64,000 bases of DNA from positions 124,001 through 188,000 of the forward strand of contig JAQGDQ010000355.1 in assembly GCA_030141605.1 (NCBI GenBank). The letters are read 5' to 3'. Origin of the DNA: Tubiluchus corallicola (Eukaryota > Animalia > Priapulida). Both the position numbers and the translations under genes were made by a program. This document shows, piece after piece, positions 56,362 through 64,000 of this stretch (its first letter is position 1; every line of letters starts with the position of its first letter). The notes under the pieces are model-generated. The model made no database searches. It saw only the letters and a list, made by a program, of their open reading frames with translations, and was not told where the DNA came from.

Positions 56362-57378
56362 TGTTTTGAGTTGTTAATATTTTACTGGTTTCTAGTAATC
56401 ATCACTTTGATTATTACACATGCAAGTGAAACAAGACAGTATTCCTCCTTCACAGGAATTACTGGACTCCATGCATTTGTTTATTGAAAGCAGACAATCG
56501 TTTCAACACAACTGTGTTAATCAATGATAGAGATTTAGCCAAAAGAAATGATCAGTCTATTTACGACACTGCAGTTACCAAGGCGAAAAAAATCATTAGA
56601 AACGCAAAAGACTGAAACTCAAGTTACTAGAATATAAGTAGAAATACTCCAGAAAGTAGAAATTGCAGAAAAAGATTCAGTAGAAAGGGTAAAAACATTT
56701 TACCATTATATAAGGTAATTTCTTTTTAAGGTATTTCTACTTCTGTTTAAGAATCTCTTTCTGGGGTATTTCTGCTTCTGCTTAAGAGAATCTCTTTTTA
56801 AGGTATTTCTACTTCTGTTTAAGAGAATCTCTTTCTGGGGTATTTCTACTTCTGCTTAAGAGAATCTCTTTTTAAGGTATTTCTACTTCTGCTTAAGAGA
56901 ATCTCTTTTTAAGGTATTTCTACTTCTGCTTAAGAGAATCTCTTTTTAAGGTATTTCTACTTCTGTTTAAGAGAATCTCTTTTTAAGGTATTTCTACTTC
57001 TGCTTAAGAGAATCTCTTTTTAATGTATTTCTACTTCTGCTTAAGAGAATCTCTTTGTAAGGTATTTCTACTTCTGCTTAAGAGAATCTCTTTCTGGAGT
57101 ATTTCTACTTGCATTCTGGTAACTTGAGTTTCACTCTTTTGATTTTGTAATGATTTTTTTGTCTTGGTAATTGTAGCAACATGGTTGTACTGATTATTTC
57201 TTTTGGCTAAATTTCTAGCATTGTTTATGACAATTGTGTTGAAACAATCATCTAAATTCAAATGTAATCCTACAATAATTCCAGTGTAGGAGGTATACTA
57301 CATTGTTTCACTGCAACAATGTGCTACAATCAAAGTAATGATTACTAGAAAGGAATAAAAAATTAATTACTCAAAAAC
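56362..57378. mobile_element. Foldback element: ~290-bp diverged inverted arms around a ~37-bp minisatellite
   Basis: Left arm ...gaaactcaagttactagaatataagtagaaatactccagaaag vs right arm ctttctggagtatttctacttgcattctggtaacttgagtttc...; further matches ctagtaatcatcactttgat / atcaaagtaatgattactag. Confidence 0.8.
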
Positions 57379-57990
57379 CGATTCCATAAGGCTGACTCTT
57401 TCACTTACTATACGCGATCTCACACTTTGACTGTAACATATACATCCTTTCTTTCAATACTGCAACAGACTTTACCTTCAACTTAAAATTATTACGAAAT
57501 CAAATATCTCCGTCTTGGAAACGCCTGAGTTCCATTATCTTAACTTCCGTAACCTAGATTAGCGCTCTGCTAAAATCACACGCACCACTATGGCACTTGT
57601 AATTACTTTGCAGCAGCTCTTCAAGTATTTAACGTTATTAAAATAGTACTTACTTGTCAAGAAGTTATTAATATTTCACGTAGTGGTTGACCAAACATGG
57701 GTTTTCATTATGGCATACCCTGATCAATATTTCGTGCTGTACTCTACGCTCATGCAACGGCTATATAATGATTCGATAAGCCCGCATTATATGACTTAAT
57801 CCAACTGATGGTGGGTCGGTTGTTACTGCTTTGAGCTATACCTGGTCCTGCAAGAGCTATAATTTTTATTGCAACTTCATATAGATTCCTACTTCTGCAT
57901 GGAAGTCAAGCAGTGACTGTTCCGAGAATTTTGTTTCTTGCTGTCATCCACGGTGCACATTCGTCGGCACAGTCCTCGTATTGCTCGTGG

Positions 57991-58263
57991 CATAGGCGTA
58001 CGCCCCTATTTTTCCAGGGAGGGCTGGTTGAGCCACGCTTGCCCGAGAAATACAGCGTCAACCCGAAAAAGACCAGAGTTGGGAAATGCCTCCACCCCAT
58101 GGTAAAAAATGTTCGGATTTCGGCCACTTCATTTGGCGGCATTTCGTTTAATGAAAAACATTATTTTATTTTTTTAATCATTTGGGCGGTACCCGAAAAA
58201 ATTGGTGATTGCCCGAATCTGGGAGAGCTGTAGCTCCCTCTCTCCTTGGCTCGTACGCCTATG
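57991..58263. mobile_element. hAT-like MITE
   Basis: TIRs CATAGGCGTACG / CGTACGCCTATG; decayed 8-bp flanks GCTCGTGG / GCTCATAA. Confidence 0.65.
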
Positions 58264-59111
58264 GCTCATAACTATATTAGCTTATTGTTTACTTTACTAA
58301 TATATATAATTTGTGCTTAATAAACAATAAATTAATAATTTGCTTCTTCGGTTGAACAGCGTTTTTGCGGCAAGCAGTTTATCAAATACTAAGTTTGTCG
58401 TTTCTTTTCTATGGACAATGATTACAATTTGTTCAACGCGCCCATTGTTTTTTAGGTTTCTCCTTGACATTAACAATTATATATATATGATTTGATTCAG
58501 CAAGCACTTGTGGTGCGTTAAGTGTACAAACTTTTCATATCAATACTAGTTGTGGTGTGTTAAATCCGTAAATATCAAGACGTTTAAAGCACATCTCAGG
58601 CACTGTGGCTTATAAACTGAAATTATCTGTTCTCCGTAATATAGAGAGGTCTTGAACTTGCTGTAATTTTGGAGCACTGTTCGCTTATAATATATGAACT
58701 CCGCTTTGTTAACAAGTTGATGTTAATGGTCATCCACGGAAATTTCAAGTTCAAAACTAAATAAAATAAACTAATTTATTTAATTATATTAAGTGATCTA
58801 ACTTTGGAAATTCGAATTTAGTTGGTCAGATGTAAGAGATGTATTTTATACTGCTTTGACCATTAGGTGATGCGACGGCCCGACAGTTAAGACATCTGCA
58901 ATGTAAGGAGAAAGCCCATGGTTCAAATCCAACCTGCATTGTGACTTTTCACATTCACTGCTTTTCAAGCTTGGCATCAAGATTTAATAATTGTGGGTTT
59001 GTTACATCATTAATAATAATCTTACTATTAAGTTTATAATGATTAATTAACAAGTTAATGATTTGAAAGATTATTAAAATGACGGTTACACACAATAATT
59101 CTCACTGCATG

Positions 59112-60175
59112 TTAAATAGTAACTTCTGCTGGTAGTGTTACTGATTTGTGTTGAATAGTAACTTCTGCTAGTAGTGTTACTGATTTGTGTTGAATAGTAA
59201 CTTCTGCTCTGCATGTTACTGATTTGTGTTGAATAGTAACTTCTGCTCTGAGTGTTACTGATTTGTGTTGAATAGTAACTTCTGCTAGTAGTGTCACTGA
59301 TTTGTGTTGAATAGTAACTTCTGCTAGTAGTGTTACTGATTCGTGTTGAATAGTAACTTTTGCTAGTAGTGTTACTGATTCGTGTTGAATAGTAACTTCT
59401 ACTAGTAGTGTTACTGATTTGTGTTGAATAGTAACTTCTGCTAGTAGTGTTACTGATTTGTGTTGAATAGTAACTTCTGCTAGTAGTGTTACTGATTTGT
59501 GTTAAATAGTAACTTCTGCTCTGAGTGTTACTGATTTGTGTTGAATAGTAACTTCTGCTAGTTGTGTCACTGATTTGTGTTGAATAGTAACTTCTGCCAG
59601 TAGTGTTACTGATTCGTGTTGAATAGTAACTTTTGCTAGTAGTGTTACTGATTCGTGTTGAATAGTAACTTCTACAAGTAGTGTTACTGATTTGTGTTAA
59701 ATAGTAACTTCTGCTAGTAGTGTTACTGATTTGTGTTGAATAGTAACTTCTGCTAGTAGTGTTACTGATTTGTGTTAAATAGTAACTTCTGCTCTGAGTG
59801 TTACTGATTTGTGTTGAATAGTAACTTCTGCTAGTAGTGTTACTGATTTGTGTTGAATAGTAACTTCTGCTAGTAGTGTTACTGATTTGTGTTGAATATT
59901 AACTTCTGCTAGTAGTGTTACTGATTTTTGTTGAATAGTAACTTCTGCTAGTAGTGTTACTGATTTGTGTTGAATAGTAACTTTTGCTAGTAGTGTTACT
60001 GATTTGTGTTGAATAGTAACTTCTGTTAGTAGTGTTACTGATTTGTGTTAAACAGTAACTTCTGCTAGTAGTGTTACTGATTTGTGTTAAATAGTAACTT
60101 TTGCTGATAGTGTTACTAATTTGGGTTAAATACTAACTTCTGCTAATAGTGTTACCAATATGATTTGAACAGTAA
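59112..60175. repeat. 39-bp minisatellite, ~27 copies
   Basis: Unit tgaatagtaacttctgctagtagtgttactgatttgtgt, with internal AGTAAC/GTTACT inverted repeat. Confidence 0.95.
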
Positions 60176-60214
60176 CTTATTGATGCGTATATAAATTTTA
60201 GAATCTCCCCCTCC

Positions 60215-60218
60215 ACCC

Positions 60219-60311
<93 letters not shown>

Positions 60312-60319
60312 TGCTTTTC

Positions 60320-60381
<62 letters not shown>

Positions 60382-60411
60382 CTCTTTCTCTTCTTGCTTT
60401 TCCCTCTTTCG

Positions 60412-60468
<57 letters not shown>

Positions 60469-60470
60469 TA
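60215..60470. repeat. (CT)n microsatellite
   Basis: Direct reading. Confidence 0.95.
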
Positions 60471-61489
60471 TATACCTCTTGGTTTCTTCATTTTTCTCGC
60501 TTGCTGTATCCAGTACTCGTGCGTTTGCTAGCATTATTAATAAATTTCCATGAATTAATTATGACTTTTTGACACAAAGCTTATAAGTTGCTTGGCAGCT
60601 AATATACCTAGGCACGGATACACGTACTTTAAAAGAGAATTCACTCTTTCCTAGTAAAAACATGGCCACGTTAGGTATAAATTACTTTAACAGCTAATCA
60701 TGAATAATTTTCCACGCAGGGTAGCGCGCCAAGTTAATCAGTGTCAGCAACGCTAAGCCTCCCTGGGCAGTGAACACGGTAATTTTCTTGACCAACCGAA
60801 TATTTTTTGAAACAATTTATGCACGAACAAAGTGTTAGTAGTATTTTTAATTTTTAAAAAAATAATTCATCAAACATCAAAAACTTTAAAAACTATACAG
60901 ACCTTTTGACTGCACGGCAATGGTCATATAAATGCAACTGTATTAAATAAACAGTTAATATTATTGAAATAACGTTTTTAAACTTTCTTTAAACAAGATC
61001 CGATAAACGAAACACTCCGAACAACACTTCATTACAAAATCCGCCAAAGCAGTGGCGGAAACCTTTACAGTCGTCGTCAGCATGTGAGATGTGCATAGCC
61101 TAAACAGTCTAATTACACGGAATAGCTGGAACCATCGTTAAGAACAATCAAGCTTATACAAGAAACGCAATAAGACGTAAACATGCCTATAATTACTTAC
61201 ATTAATTGGAACTAGTAATTAGTGTAAGATAGTCAGAATGGACCAACGTGAACTGATCACCTGTATGTTGAATGCCAACACACTGAAGATGATTCAATTC
61301 AATTCATTTCAAATTTTCATTCCAGTAACTAAGATTTCATAAAATACAAATACGGTACTAAAGCGAAATAAAATACAACGAAATGAAAAATACAAGATTG
61401 AAATGTAAATACAGGGTTAGCAAATCAGGAGCTAAATAAATTTTAGAAACTATGTATGTATTATTTCATTCCATTTCACAAGAGAGCTG

Positions 61490-61984
61490 AACAAGGAAAT
61501 GTTCAATTTTGTCCCAAAAAACTTTCCATGCAAATCTATATTACTTAGTATTTCGTTTACCTACTAGAAAGACTTATGTACTTATGTAACTAGAAAAGAA
61601 AATTTTTAATTATTGAAAATGTTTTCATCAGTTGGTAAATGTCGTTGACTCACCTCCAGGGTGCACCACTTACTAACCAAAAACGTATTTTAATCTTATT
61701 CATAAGATACAGTAATTTAAAATTTCACTTAGTTAGTGACATGTGCACCACGAATGCTCTGATTATTTTTTCAAACTTTACTCAGTGTTATCTACACTTG
61801 TTTCAAATGACCTGGTGTCAAAATGGCTGCGTGTAACGGTCATTGCGGAAATTTAAATTTACATGTTTTGTACAGCGTTACGGCGACGCAAGTCCTGTAT
61901 GCAAAAAGGCAACATGTAAGTGAGATAAAATTTCAAAACGAATTTTTTAAGCTTTATGTCTACGAGTGGGTTTCTTTGCTTTAA
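61490..61984 (+). mobile_element. Family A MITE, 5'-truncated copy
   Basis: Homologous body; ends ggtttctttgctttaa. Confidence 0.7.
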
Positions 61985-63134
61985 ATACTGATTTGATCTC
62001 GCTCCGTTCTATTGTATTCTTACGTGAAAGAATTACGTGAAAGAATTATCATCACAGAAACGTAATTTCGCGACTTCTTCACTTTTACATGCATTTCGCC
62101 ATTCGCTAGTTAGACTGGCACAAGCGCCTGCATCTAGGAAACGTGTTGCACAAAAAACAGCTGCTGTACTTAATTGAATTAATTCAGTAAGCCGTTAATT
62201 GACTTTTTAACCTATTACTTAATTATCGCAAACACGTTGGCATTACTGTAGGTGTTAAAAATGTTACTTTTTATAGCACTTCAAAATGTTGTATAAAATT
62301 TCAAGACAATTTTTTAAGCTTTGTGTAAATGGAGGGTTTTTTGTGCTCTAAGTTCGCATGTCTTCCCACCTCCCATTCTGTCCATGAGCAGGACATCTCT
62401 CAAACAACTGATCAATACCTCTAAGTGTAACTATATATGACAGAAGGGTTACCTGTGACCTGCGCAACATTTGTGAAACTGTGAATGGCAAAGGTAAACG
62501 TCACGACGTCCGAAATCTGCTAGCCGATAATCAGGAATGCTCAAACATTCCACATAGTGTGTTGCTTATGTAATAGCAATATTCCTATTAATATTTTATT
62601 AATTTATAGTATGCCTATAAAATGTTACTTTTTATAGCTCTTCAAAATGGGGTAGAATATGAAACATTATCCTATTGGTTAAAGGGTTAAAGGCGTTTAT
62701 TTCTCTTTACTAAGCTTCTGGTAAATAATCAATAATCTGGAGCGACGAATTCAAATAACAAACTCGTATAAAGTATCAATTCGTGGAAATTCTCATTACG
62801 TAGATTCTTTGCAACTGCTAGCCGTGTCCCCATTGTGTAATACGATCAATAATCAATGAAGTTGGGTGGTTGGCAATATTTGGCTTGTATCGATTACACC
62901 ATAGTGAATAGCTTTCCTAGATGGTTGTGCGCATTTGCTCGGGTGTTACATATAAGCGGTCCTGTGTTAATAATTTAATATTAGTGCCATCACGGGTCAG
63001 TCTTTCGTTCATTTAATGGGATTTCACACGTATCTCATTGGTCACAACTGTTTCATTGCACACAAAATAACTTTGAATGTCAAAACTTGCGTTTTGTTGA
63101 GCCTGGATTAGGAGCAGATACATTTATATCACAG

Positions 63135-63667
<533 letters not shown>

Positions 63668-64000
63668 TAACTTTGAATGTCAAAACTTGTGTTTTGTTGA
63701 GCCTGGATTAGGAGCCGTAAAAGAAATCTGCCTGCCATCACCTCTTTAGCTTAATGAACAATGAAACCTCGTCTTAGAAAATAACCATAATAGTTTTGCA
63801 ATCTTCCAAGATTTTAACTCTAGGCTCATACACAAACAAAGCACAGATGCAAATAATATAATATAATAATTATATTATAATATTATAATATAATAATTGA
63901 GATATAATAATTGTAACAAATATCAGTTCTTGGTCAATTAGCGATTTAGTTTTTAATAATTGCGTAATAATTTTAGCAGCGATAAATGTATTTTTCTGGT

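Overview
AT-rich, repeat-dense animal genomic DNA with spliceosomal introns and no prokaryotic features. Interstitial TTAGGG-type repeats point to a non-insect invertebrate (inference). Three protein-coding genes can be read. (1) A minus-strand cadherin gene that the ORF track misses: six phase-compatible exons (16295-16175, 11870-11772, 8321-8161, 4767-4636, 1200-1048, 393-295) give a signal peptide plus a PCDH15/Cad99C-type first cadherin repeat with an unusual ~90-aa Cys-containing insertion. It runs off the left edge. (2) A complete plus-strand ebony-like single-module NRPS (A-T-AANAT-like, ~861 aa; coding exons 28674-31124 and 32865-32999) with some substrate-pocket residues differing from fly Ebony. 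(3) The first coding exon of a Piccolo/Bassoon/RIM-type active-zone gene (54153-54457), whose 3' end and splice donor are tandemly triplicated. The rest is Kolobok-like, hAT-like and foldback MITEs, Penelope, RTE, Tc1/mariner and possible piggyBac relics, more than a dozen minisatellites (several derived from transposon ends, telomeric repeats or splice junctions) and very long microsatellites. Homology calls come from recalled motifs, not database searches.
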